From IMG/VR virus record IMGVR_UViG_3300043409_002109, positions 1 to 64,000 of that record: a stretch of 64,000 bases of DNA, one strand, 5' to 3'. This document shows, one piece after another, positions 35,401 to 44,600 of this stretch. This DNA is from a virus. The number at the start of each line of letters is the position of its first letter. The stretch's first letter is position 1. A program made the position numbers and the translations under genes. A model generated the notes under the pieces. It was not told the DNA's origin. It did no database searches and saw only the letters and a program-made list of their open reading frames with translations.

Positions 35401-36472
35401 ATACACCTTTGAAGAACAAGATCCTAGATCTATCAATCTACCTGGAGCCGCTCCTGTTAGAGGGCTGTGGAATGGCGCTTTAACAGGTATCCGCCACCTT
35501 GCCGCGCCGGCTGAATACATGATTCCAATGGGTTTCAGACCTACTCAGAAGTTGATGTCTGACTATAGAGGCCCGATTGAGGCTTACGAACATGAGAGAT
35601 TGTATGGTACCCAAGTAGCTTTCTGGGATAAGCCCATGAGAGACTGGTTCAGACCAGCTGCTTACTCGGCGGCGCATATGATGGGTTATGATGGGAAGCC
35701 CCTTTGGAGAAGGGAAGCTGACGCAGTGGACCAGCGTTTCGATGAAATAGAATTCCATAAGTGGATGACCCTGGCCTTGCAAGCTGAGCAAGCAGGAGAC
35801 TCTGAGGGCAAGAGCCGGTATATGTGGGCAGCGTCAAATACCCGGACCGGTGTGAACCCCCAAGGCTCAGCTTTGAGCATGTACTGGACTCTTCCTGAAT
35901 CTGAAAGAAGTTTCTTCAACTCTTTCTCTGTAGCTCAAGGAGCGGATAGAAGCCGGATTCTAGAAATGGTCCCAGAGGACCAGGCCCATCTTTATCAGGC
36001 TTTATGGTCTAGGTTAGATAGCGGAGATCCCTCCGTTATGGCTGGAGGAGGACAGGGCGTCGATGAAAACTTCTTGCGCACCAAATATTATGGCCAGTCT
36101 AAAGAGGCTATGCCTTCAGAGGACTTCATTGGGTGGCACGAAGAAGTAGACCTCAGTGATATCAAAGTGCGCTATGCAGAACGCTATGCAGCTGATATCT
36201 CTGACTATGGAGTTTGGGAAAGCCAGCTGAAGAAATCAGAGGGACAAGAGTTCCTTGATGGCTCGGAGGGATATATAGGTTCGCCTAATACCATTGCGGC
36301 TCAGCAAATTAAAAGTAAAATATGGAATATGTCGGGCAGTACACAAAATAGACCTGGACTTACTTCGGTCTTTAGTTCTAATATGGGGTCTACAGTTCGT
36401 ATGACTTATAACGATCACAGAGATGGTGATATTTACAGTGTCTTCCAGAAGATGCTAAGCGGCGGCTATTAA
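32435..36472 (+). CDS. Tape-measure-like protein (1345 aa)
   Basis: First long gene after the chaperones; multiple Gly/Ala-rich hydrophobic segments; GAGGAG RBS. Confidence 0.65.
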   Translation: MAFESYNAQDIWSSGEAPGSSSNLLAAGKLGLAAGAGIGGFHLLTKNRPDGTRAIDDVSAFLRTAGNLSPFQIGNTFRVPEFLSPFTSPSYQGLKGGEHVFEQSFLKTSETTQYLQKVTGKSYEELHALGLSQEALLGSDAADSLVYRAGKTGSRGSLFVRRRGEESLLSDAVSLMSRDTEIDPFVRGARAENKAFKGVLQALDMWKNDKFDSERVLASTDKRSEVAFIPSLDGPMKTKGDFLRRTSYVRGVAAFEVSRFNDLMGNYAHQIFGETGGNFTKTVLGISNEVRPGPASALLARYAGRAAMLGGAGLLVAQSDWVRRQGGLPGQAVAAAGTTAVGAYAAWKMGANNKLVMMGAVASFFGQMTLPGFDKGIFEGVASTAAGLDVFRANPLNPFGYYRRTLEGFAPGISDWKTGAVLGLGVMAASGMRMPGTGKRISEHLVEKLGATRLGLSSGALGVAPDELLSTRDMFWRELEASNNPIARSSERWRTMSGRREIYGELKGSRPEILSQMNKHWRSAEDAHRDMMQKSSEHGANRKLLESLSDIADKYKDGNGIQRKIMMQVEGFASQTYHSFFGANASYDKAMRSEIQKLGFSGITPVGKFGRFATLGLAALGIQQLVTGGLLGSMESSGDLSDIYAGRKLVEVKKSRGWESGSQPFGGTETSYFRPHSLALMNARTRERGIWGEDEDEISPITKFFKKNFTYDLERQNYYDRPYPISSAFGQDVPIIGGLLASTVGRIIKPAKLMHSEEWAREGEGGAEFKSIYKGSRQEPAYALGAQGPGTPVSPFAATEQAMFMSDQMRQLSGFPGFIRNTLQKIVTGNQNFMHNQPVLASSGEMTSPSRMFWESELGGGFLTTELWRRLFPRNQPGLQKVNPIRNNMPYWMPDKFHTGDPYASVQWGEARLPGAGYSALHPELNGIDPEEYPLLARMAILGDVAPASVEYRRTQEQVYLKRQEGGYSEGQNRLIDQIDQQVAQQMNQYTFEEQDPRSINLPGAAPVRGLWNGALTGIRHLAAPAEYMIPMGFRPTQKLMSDYRGPIEAYEHERLYGTQVAFWDKPMRDWFRPAAYSAAHMMGYDGKPLWRREADAVDQRFDEIEFHKWMTLALQAEQAGDSEGKSRYMWAASNTRTGVNPQGSALSMYWTLPESERSFFNSFSVAQGADRSRILEMVPEDQAHLYQALWSRLDSGDPSVMAGGGQGVDENFLRTKYYGQSKEAMPSEDFIGWHEEVDLSDIKVRYAERYAADISDYGVWESQLKKSEGQEFLDGSEGYIGSPNTIAAQQIKSKIWNMSGSTQNRPGLTSVFSSNMGSTVRMTYNDHRDGDIYSVFQKMLSGGY

Positions 36473-39400
36473 TGAATTTCTTGAGCAAGCTTAATGAAGA
36501 TAAAGATAAGGTCCCAGGCATTCTAGCTGGTGTTGCGGGTACGCTTCCTATTGCTTTAGCTGTAAATTATTCCTGGCGGAAAATGCAGTCTAATCAGCCT
36601 ATTTCCGCTTCCCAGATATTAGGTAATAGAAGCCCTCTTGGTGACATGGGCAGAGATATAGGGAAGGGCCTTCACGAGAGCTATGCTAAAGACAATAAGG
36701 CTGTAGATAAGATCACTGAGAAGCTCCTGAAAAGTGATGAGCTAGCCAAGATAATGGAGAAGAAGGACCAGCGGGCAGCGATTGTACAATCTATCTTGAC
36801 TACGATAGAAGATCAGAGCACTGGGCTGAATAGTGAAACTTTAGCGAAGACTAAAGAGCAACTAATGAAGATCGTCGCAGATGATGCGGACTCTCCAGAG
36901 GCTAGAGAGATTGTGAAGGCGGCTCTTACTAGTATTCAGGAAAGTGGTAGCGACCTAACACAACAGAGGTTCGCAAACCGTTTTAGAGAATTCAAGAAAC
37001 AGGGAGGTGGCCTTGTCGCTCCAGTAGCTGAGTTCAGAAGCACTCAGGCTCTGAATGTTATTAAACATGCTACGATGAAGGATCGTAGCGCTGTGCTTAA
37101 GCTCGTAGGAGGTGATGCTGGGCGTGCAGATTTCCTTCAAAGTCAGTACACCCGCATCGCTGATAGGGTTGGGAAGAAAGATCTAGAGACTGCTCTTCAG
37201 ATTGTAGAGATGGACAGTGGCATGGGACAACGAACTCTTATGGCTAGGGTCTATTCTGGAAAGAAAAAGCAATTTGCATTTCAAGTGAACCTCCTAGCAA
37301 ATGCTACTGGAGTTGATGCCCCCACTCTATACCCAATGGGAGAGAATGGGGCTACTAGGTATTTCGGCCCCGTAGGTGTTGTTGACGCAGGCGATGTTGA
37401 GAAACTGAATGCCACTCGAAAGAATAAGTGGGGACTAGAGCACCTCAGGGGTCGCTTAAAGAGGGTTGAGGCTCGCGAAATGGATATAGCCCTAAGCCTT
37501 TTAGAGAGTGACCAATTCGGTGTTCGCATGACTCAAGCGGCACGCACTGCATATAATGAGCAGCGGGCCGAGATTTTAGAGCCTGCTAGTCGTGTACTCT
37601 CTCCGGGCATGGAAAGGAGGAACAGGGGCAAGACCGCGGCTGCCTATCGCGAGCACCAGATGAGGCAGGCACGCATTACTCAGAATAAAATTGTTGTGAG
37701 TGGTCTTTTTGGTAAAGACGAAGCGGCAAAGGAAGCCTTGGCTAAAGGTGCCTTCTCTGTTGATCCCAGTGTGCTAGATAAGTTTGAGGCTGGGGAGACG
37801 AGAGTTTCCGCTCCCGTAGACGGCCGGCAGTACTTGAATCTTCAGCTTCAAAAAGACTCTGCCTTCACGGGATTCCGGGCCGGTGCTTCTGCTAATAGAA
37901 TATCTTTGCCTGTTATTGCCCGAATAGAGCAAGCTGTTGGTCGTAACGGTATGTACATATCAAGGGAGAGCGTCCCCCGGAAGATGGGAAGGCTCTCTAG
38001 GTATGACGTAGGGGCTGGCGGTGCGCCCATCGGTTGGCGAGAGCAGCACCAAGGGGGAGTTAACAGATTCGGCCTCTTCGATGCCACTGGCGGGCGCGGA
38101 AGAGGCTTCCTGGCTAAGAGCGAAGGCTCTGGTATGGCTTGGGCTCCCGGAGGTCTGGGAACATTAATGAATGACAGAACTATACCCATTCTAGATGCGA
38201 AAGAACACAACATGCTTACGACCGACTTTATGGCTCATCTTGAAGAAGAGTTTAAAGCTGGTAGAGAAATGAGTACTTATGACGTTATGGACAATGGTAA
38301 GCTAAGACATGCTACCACTGGACAGGAGTGGGATCGATGGTTAGGCCAGGGCTCAAGCGGAAATAGAGCTATCCACCTTGACCCTCAGACGAAGAGGTTC
38401 CAGATTGGCATTGCTGAGAAGAATGAGACTGGAGGCAAGAAGCAGATAAACCTAGCTATTGTGTCGGAAAGAAACATGGAGAGTGGAAAGGTCTTCGCTC
38501 CTGCCCTGAAAGCAACTCATGCTGTACCTGAACAAGGGTTCGAGGGTCGCCTAGCAAGAGACTACAAGTTAGGCACAGAGTTCTTCGCACGTCATGGTAT
38601 AAAGCTGACGGATACGATAGCTGCCTCTGGAGACCAGTACAAGAAGGCTCCTCTGTTTTTGGCAAGCCAACTTACGAGCGCTCTTGGAGCACTCGATAAC
38701 TCTGTTGATCCATTTGATTTTGTCGAAGACAGCGTTAAGGGTTATAAGGGGGACTCTCCTTTCGGAGGAAAAGATGTTGGTAAGGTAGCAGATATTGTGA
38801 TGGGTAGATTAGCCAAGGGGCATCGGGCTGGCCGGATTCATTCTCAGGATGTGGGGGCGGCGCTGGGCTTGCTCTATCAGGGCAGTGGATTAGCGAGACT
38901 GCACGACCCTAAAGGGGAGAATAGTGCCGATCCGTTGTGGCAGAGGGGAGGGAAGGAGAGCTATAAGCTTGATCCCGAGGCCCTAGAGAAGAGAATGATT
39001 CATCATTTTGGTGAAGATGCTTATAGGAATGAGCTTCTCCCACAGATGAAGACAGGACTTGCTATTCAGCCTTTGACTCTGTTTCCCGGTGAAGCCCATG
39101 GCGATTGGGGGCTCGGGAGAGGCTCGATAGAGCCACGTTTCTTGGAGTTAACCTCTGGGAAGCTAAGAGAAGCCGGTATGAATAATGCCGACGTTTCTGA
39201 GTTCATGGTAAGAGTGCTGAAGAGAAAAATTGGAGGAGAAGAGGGATTGAAGCTCGTCGCCCCCTTAGAACGGATGCAAGCTTCAGTTCTCAACAGGACT
39301 ATGCCCGGAGCAACCGGAGGTCCGACCTTTACTCTAGATCAGCTGATTGACGAGATGACAAAGCTAGGGCAGAAGACTAAAGGTAAAGGTAATTTTTCTG

Positions 39401-41688
39401 ATTTCCTCGCGACTCAGAAGGATGGCATTACTTTAGACCTGAGTGACACATCGAATAAAGCTAAAGCCGCGATCTCGCACGCCGCTGGAGAGCAGCTAGA
39501 GGGCCAGAGGTCTATCTACATGGCAGGTGGAGACGCTATGGAATTCATGAGAGGTACTGAGATTAAACAGGCTGCTGGTGAGTCTATTAAGATAGGCTCA
39601 GACTATGACAGGACAGTTAACCATTTTATTGAAGACCTTTTAAAAATGCGTACTAATGATGAGGAAGCGGCTAGATCTGCTTCCAAATCTATGCTTGAGT
39701 ATAGGAAGAATATAACTACTTTATTCTCAACTGCGTTGGTTGGCACCGCTAGAGGTAAAATAAAGGGTGCTTCATTCAGCGTAGCAGAAACATTGTTTGA
39801 TGACTTAGCTTTGACTCCTGAACAGTTCAAGTTAGCTGATCAACTTGATAGTGGTGCTAAAGGCCAAGCAGTCTTTAGAGATACTGCATCCTTCATGTCC
39901 TCCTTATCAGACTGGATGGGGAATGACAAAGGCAAGCTGGCTAGAATGTATTTTACTGGAGCAGAGAGAGCTGCAGCAACCGGCAAGATGAGTACTGGTA
40001 TATGGGGTCTGAGCACCAGAAACCCTCAGCTATTTAGACGTAGCACGAACATCACTCAAGCTTTCAGGGATCCTAGACAAGTGGCAAGAGGTGAGGCAGA
40101 CGTAGCATTCTCAAGAATCAAGAAGTATCTTCCTGGAGCTTTAGAGGAGTTGAGTAGGAAGACACAAACTGAGATAGGCGGATTCAAAGACATTGCTCTC
40201 CTAGACGATAAGGCCCATGGGAACGCTATAAATAGATTCTTCGATACTATCGCTGATCGACAGTCAGACTGGTGGCAGTCTGAGGGCGGTGGTACAGACT
40301 CGTATCTCAGAAGGGAACATGATGTCGTGATTACTGACAGTAAGGGTAATTCGCCAAAAACAATCAGGAAGGTAGACTTTGGTTTCCAAGGTGCAGCATA
40401 TCAGGACAATGACGGTGATCAGCCTCAGAATATGATTCTTGATGAAGAAGATCGAGTCAAACTCAACAAGGCATTTAAAGATAAGGAGCGAGCTGCAAAG
40501 TATTTTGCTACCGATTCACAAGGTATTGCTCAGCAGAAGATTGCTGACCACTACCTTAAGATAGGAATGGGCGGCGAGTCAGTTAGTCTCGACAGTGAGG
40601 CCCCTCCTGAGTTGCGTCAGATGAGTGAAGACTTCTTAAAGGAAAAAGCTCAAGATAGAAGTACTGGTAAGGTCAACAACGCAGTAGATAGGTTGCGTAG
40701 AGCTTTGCTTAATAATGTCGCAGGCAATGAAGATAACATCAACGAGGCAATGGCCTTTATCAACACCCTGCCAGAGCAGACTACTATCAAGTCAAAGCAG
40801 AGAACCAACTACGAAGCTCTAGCTGAAATGCTCTCTCGGGCTATTGGCGCTACGTATGATGGAGATAGCGATGCCTTACCTAATCTTTTCAAAACGACTC
40901 TATATCCTCAAGATAAGATGCCCGAGTTATATGAGGGCGTGAAGTACTCCATTCAAGGACGAAACCTGCCCAACAATGTGCAGGGTGCAGTCGGCGAAGT
41001 GAACCTAACAAGAGTTCTGGATACTATAATGCACTCAGTCCAAAACCATATTGCGATTGGTGGTGGAGAGATGGATACTCTTGGAGGCTTAACTCGGGGC
41101 CTGATGGGATCTCAGGCTGGTGTTAACTTCGATAGATATCTTGAGGGTAAGAGTGGAGTCCAGGCTGGTATTGCGGCCGGTGGAGGAAGAGGTGCCGCTC
41201 AGGATGCGGTGATTGCTGCCGAAGGTGCATTCGCAAGAGTCCGAGCAGCGGCAGGGAAAATAGACGGTAGGATGGCGGGAATAGCCACTCTAGGGCTTGG
41301 GGCAGGAGCAGCTATACTAGGCATGGCCGGGGCAGACGGGTATGACTCAGAGCCCCTAATGGCTCCTGGTGACATGCCAAGTTCTTATGTGCAGAAGGAG
41401 ATTAGCTCCTTTAACCTCCTTGATAATTCCTCTGCACGAGAGCAAGGTTCCCCTATGTCCGACCCCTATGATATGATGAACACACCTATTAATACTGGCA
41501 CCGCCTACATGAATAGACCAAATGGGTATAATATTCGTGGAGAAATTGGTAGTATGGGTGGAGTCGGTCAAGTAGGGGGTTATGTTAATAATCTAACTCG
41601 TGGTTTCGGACGAGGCTCTATTATGGTAAATGATACCAGACGACCGATAACCAGTTCCTACGTAGATCGAATGGCAGGAGAATACTAA
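36472..41688 (+). CDS. Putative single-chain two-barrel (double-psi beta-barrel) virion RNA polymerase with tape-measure-like termini
   Basis: GKVFAPALKA (38485-38514), GKIKGASFSV (39754-39783), RNPQLFRRSTNITQAF (40018-40065), DNDGD (40405-40419), in the beta then beta' order of cellular RNAP. Confidence 0.7.
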   Translation: MNFLSKLNEDKDKVPGILAGVAGTLPIALAVNYSWRKMQSNQPISASQILGNRSPLGDMGRDIGKGLHESYAKDNKAVDKITEKLLKSDELAKIMEKKDQRAAIVQSILTTIEDQSTGLNSETLAKTKEQLMKIVADDADSPEAREIVKAALTSIQESGSDLTQQRFANRFREFKKQGGGLVAPVAEFRSTQALNVIKHATMKDRSAVLKLVGGDAGRADFLQSQYTRIADRVGKKDLETALQIVEMDSGMGQRTLMARVYSGKKKQFAFQVNLLANATGVDAPTLYPMGENGATRYFGPVGVVDAGDVEKLNATRKNKWGLEHLRGRLKRVEAREMDIALSLLESDQFGVRMTQAARTAYNEQRAEILEPASRVLSPGMERRNRGKTAAAYREHQMRQARITQNKIVVSGLFGKDEAAKEALAKGAFSVDPSVLDKFEAGETRVSAPVDGRQYLNLQLQKDSAFTGFRAGASANRISLPVIARIEQAVGRNGMYISRESVPRKMGRLSRYDVGAGGAPIGWREQHQGGVNRFGLFDATGGRGRGFLAKSEGSGMAWAPGGLGTLMNDRTIPILDAKEHNMLTTDFMAHLEEEFKAGREMSTYDVMDNGKLRHATTGQEWDRWLGQGSSGNRAIHLDPQTKRFQIGIAEKNETGGKKQINLAIVSERNMESGKVFAPALKATHAVPEQGFEGRLARDYKLGTEFFARHGIKLTDTIAASGDQYKKAPLFLASQLTSALGALDNSVDPFDFVEDSVKGYKGDSPFGGKDVGKVADIVMGRLAKGHRAGRIHSQDVGAALGLLYQGSGLARLHDPKGENSADPLWQRGGKESYKLDPEALEKRMIHHFGEDAYRNELLPQMKTGLAIQPLTLFPGEAHGDWGLGRGSIEPRFLELTSGKLREAGMNNADVSEFMVRVLKRKIGGEEGLKLVAPLERMQASVLNRTMPGATGGPTFTLDQLIDEMTKLGQKTKGKGNFSDFLATQKDGITLDLSDTSNKAKAAISHAAGEQLEGQRSIYMAGGDAMEFMRGTEIKQAAGESIKIGSDYDRTVNHFIEDLLKMRTNDEEAARSASKSMLEYRKNITTLFSTALVGTARGKIKGASFSVAETLFDDLALTPEQFKLADQLDSGAKGQAVFRDTASFMSSLSDWMGNDKGKLARMYFTGAERAAATGKMSTGIWGLSTRNPQLFRRSTNITQAFRDPRQVARGEADVAFSRIKKYLPGALEELSRKTQTEIGGFKDIALLDDKAHGNAINRFFDTIADRQSDWWQSEGGGTDSYLRREHDVVITDSKGNSPKTIRKVDFGFQGAAYQDNDGDQPQNMILDEEDRVKLNKAFKDKERAAKYFATDSQGIAQQKIADHYLKIGMGGESVSLDSEAPPELRQMSEDFLKEKAQDRSTGKVNNAVDRLRRALLNNVAGNEDNINEAMAFINTLPEQTTIKSKQRTNYEALAEMLSRAIGATYDGDSDALPNLFKTTLYPQDKMPELYEGVKYSIQGRNLPNNVQGAVGEVNLTRVLDTIMHSVQNHIAIGGGEMDTLGGLTRGLMGSQAGVNFDRYLEGKSGVQAGIAAGGGRGAAQDAVIAAEGAFARVRAAAGKIDGRMAGIATLGLGAGAAILGMAGADGYDSEPLMAPGDMPSSYVQKEISSFNLLDNSSAREQGSPMSDPYDMMNTPINTGTAYMNRPNGYNIRGEIGSMGGVGQVGGYVNNLTRGFGRGSIMVNDTRRPITSSYVDRMAGEY

Positions 41689-41689
41689 A

Positions 41690-44600
41690 TTGATTTCTGA
41701 TCTTGCGAGCCCCCTTACCGCACCTGACATTGATCTCGTTCAAAGAAAAGAGATCTTTGTTATAAATGATATTGCCTTAGTGGTTCCTCCCACTTCTATC
41801 TCTGTGCAGAAGGAGGATATGACTTACACCTGGCGCACGCTGCGTACCAGAACAAGTACGAAGGTTCCTACCGGGCATGGTAATATAAATGTCGGGCTTT
41901 CTTTGGTCTTCTTAGAAGATCGTATGTTCGACCTTCATCGTTTAATCGTCCAGTTACGCTCAAGCCCTTTCTGTTATGTTGAGAATCGTTATCTACGGGA
42001 AACTATTATCCCTGAGTTTAACCTCTATCAGGCTATGGCCTTCTGTGTAGATGCTATCCAGATATCTCCTTTACCGGGAACCTCTGATGCTTGGTTGTGT
42101 CAGCTCTCTTTGAGTTGGTTCAACTATCTCCCCTATACTGCTAACTTTATGTTCAGAGAAGATTGGGAAACAGAGTGGCTTGATAGCGGGGGCACTGGCG
42201 GAGGCCAGGCTATTAAGCAGAGCATAGGCTGGAAGTGGAATAAAGAAACTGGTAAGCGAGAGTTCACTCCATCAACTACCTCTCGACGCGAAGCTGAAGG
42301 AACGAATGTAAAGGAGTGGAACCTTCAGCAAGAGGGGTATGCGGATAAGGCCAATCGCACTCTGTTCGACATGGAAGCCTTGCACCTGGGGCAAGAGTTT
42401 GACATGCTTCCCTTGCCGGGAAATATGGCTCCCTCTCAGATAGCTTTAGACCCTCGTAATAGCAGAATCTATGTGCGCTATATTAACTTACTCCAGAGGG
42501 ATGCTCTTTGGGATAATTTTGAGATAGATATTGAGCGCTTGCTGACCGATGCGCAGATACCACTAGAAGGATTCTTCGGAGTTCACGAAGAGCCTGATGG
42601 GAGTAAGCAGACTTGGGGTCTGCATTCGGGACCTACCTCCTCGAATGAGGAGCACCGAAAGGCATGGTATGGAGTGATGAGAAAGGTTACAAGAGACATG
42701 CTTTCTTACAATGGCAAGATCTCTTTAGTCTTTCAGACCTACCAGACACTCGACATGCCTAATGAATGGAGCAAGGCTTTAGGTCGGCTCTCTGCTGTTG
42801 TCAGGAAGGAGTTTAACCCAGGCGCTAGCGAGACGAACCCGCTCTATCAAGGTGATTGGGTCACAATTCATAAGTATAGTAATAATATGACGCAGGCTAT
42901 CAGGAAGCATCCTAAGAGGACGGGACTTACCAATCCTAATGGCTTCAGATCTCCTCTTGGGGCGCCAGATAGAAGATTCAGTATTAATGAACTACGGAAC
43001 GGAGTCTCTTCACGGATATGTGAGAGAAGCCCCGAGAAAGATGTAGAGCTTGGGTACCCCCCCACGGGGAGGAACGAAGGCAGAGTTCACTGGGGAACGG
43101 ACTTCGGGACCGGTAAACAAGAAGGTTGGAAAGTTTACGCCTGTCGGCCTGGGAGAGTCACTGGTGTGAACTACGGATCCGTGGATGCCAGCAAAGTCGT
43201 GTGGAAATCTTTCCGTGAAACGGATGGGAAAATCTCCCAGATAGAGGGCGGCAAACTGTATGAGGCATGGCTAAGGACCATGACTGACGCCCTCGGAGCT
43301 TCTTCTGTAGCGAAGAGCAAGAAGGTCGTGTCCCTTGCCGGTACTGCTCTCCAGCAGTACCAGAAGTTCGGGACTATAATCCAAGATGTGACTTATCCAG
43401 AGATCTACTATTTCACAGACTTAACGAGTGAAGGTGGAAACTGGATTCGAATAGAGCATAACACTGGAGGCGAGCCAGGTGTCGGGAGTTGTGATGGCGA
43501 CATCTCGGTGTATATGCATCTTCGAGAAATATTCGTAAAGGTCGGAGATATCATAGGTGGCGCGGAGGGGAACCCAGGACATGATATCGATCAACCAATT
43601 GGCATTGTAGGGCAAACTTCTACCCTTAGTCCGAAGTATATAGATTGGTTCGTAAAGAATAAGACTCGTGGCGCCCAAAGGGGTGGGCCGGCCGCCGGCC
43701 GCCACGCAGACTGGGAGAAGGGAAAGTTCCAGCAGCTAAAACCTTTTGAGTATCAAGAGATTGTCTCTGAGTTGCGGCAGTCTGGGATTCCAGATCGTAA
43801 GAATAAAGGCGGATTCACACTCCCTATCCACCTCCACTTTGAGTACTGGGAGAAGGAAGGCAACGGTGCTCCGCTTGATCGATCTGTAGATCCTTATGTG
43901 TTCAAGGATTTCTCGAACACTCCAATGGTCAAGGAAGGCTATGTAATGGTTGACCCAGTTCCTTCCTTCGAGGCCGGGTCTCAGGGTATGGAGGGTAAGG
44001 AGAACTACGTCCTCTGGATAGACAATACAGCCGCTATTGCGAAGATCTCTGCCGCTATCGTAGCCAAGGAGATAAAGAAGGATAACGGAGAGAGCTATGA
44101 GGTAGATACGGCGAAGCTCGAAGATATGATAGAGAAGATGGAGGAGCTATCTAGTCAAGGATGGTACCATTACGAGGGGGCTATGAAGCTCCCTAACGTC
44201 TGGTATAAAACTTGGATTCTCAACTACCGACATGGAAACAAAGACGAGCTTAGAGACCCTAACGTTCTCCAGAACTTTTTTAATAGCACTGATAGTGCCT
44301 ATACAGATCTGAGCACAGTTTTCACTGGGGTAAGTGGCGGGTTTACGAACATTGTTGCGCGCATTCCCATCCTCTCATATGAGTACCCGACTCTTCAGCA
44401 TCTTGGTTCTATAGAGCCTCACTACACTTTTGAGTTTACCCTATTGGATGATCGGTTTGACGAAGAGGGCGGCAAGGGTCTCCACGGTATACCTTCTAGT
44501 GGCCAGCTCTTAGAGGGTATGAGAAGTATACTCCAGAGAAATGCCCGTAAATACAGGGAAGTCAAAGATAGTTGGAGCTTAGCTACAGATACTTTTATGA

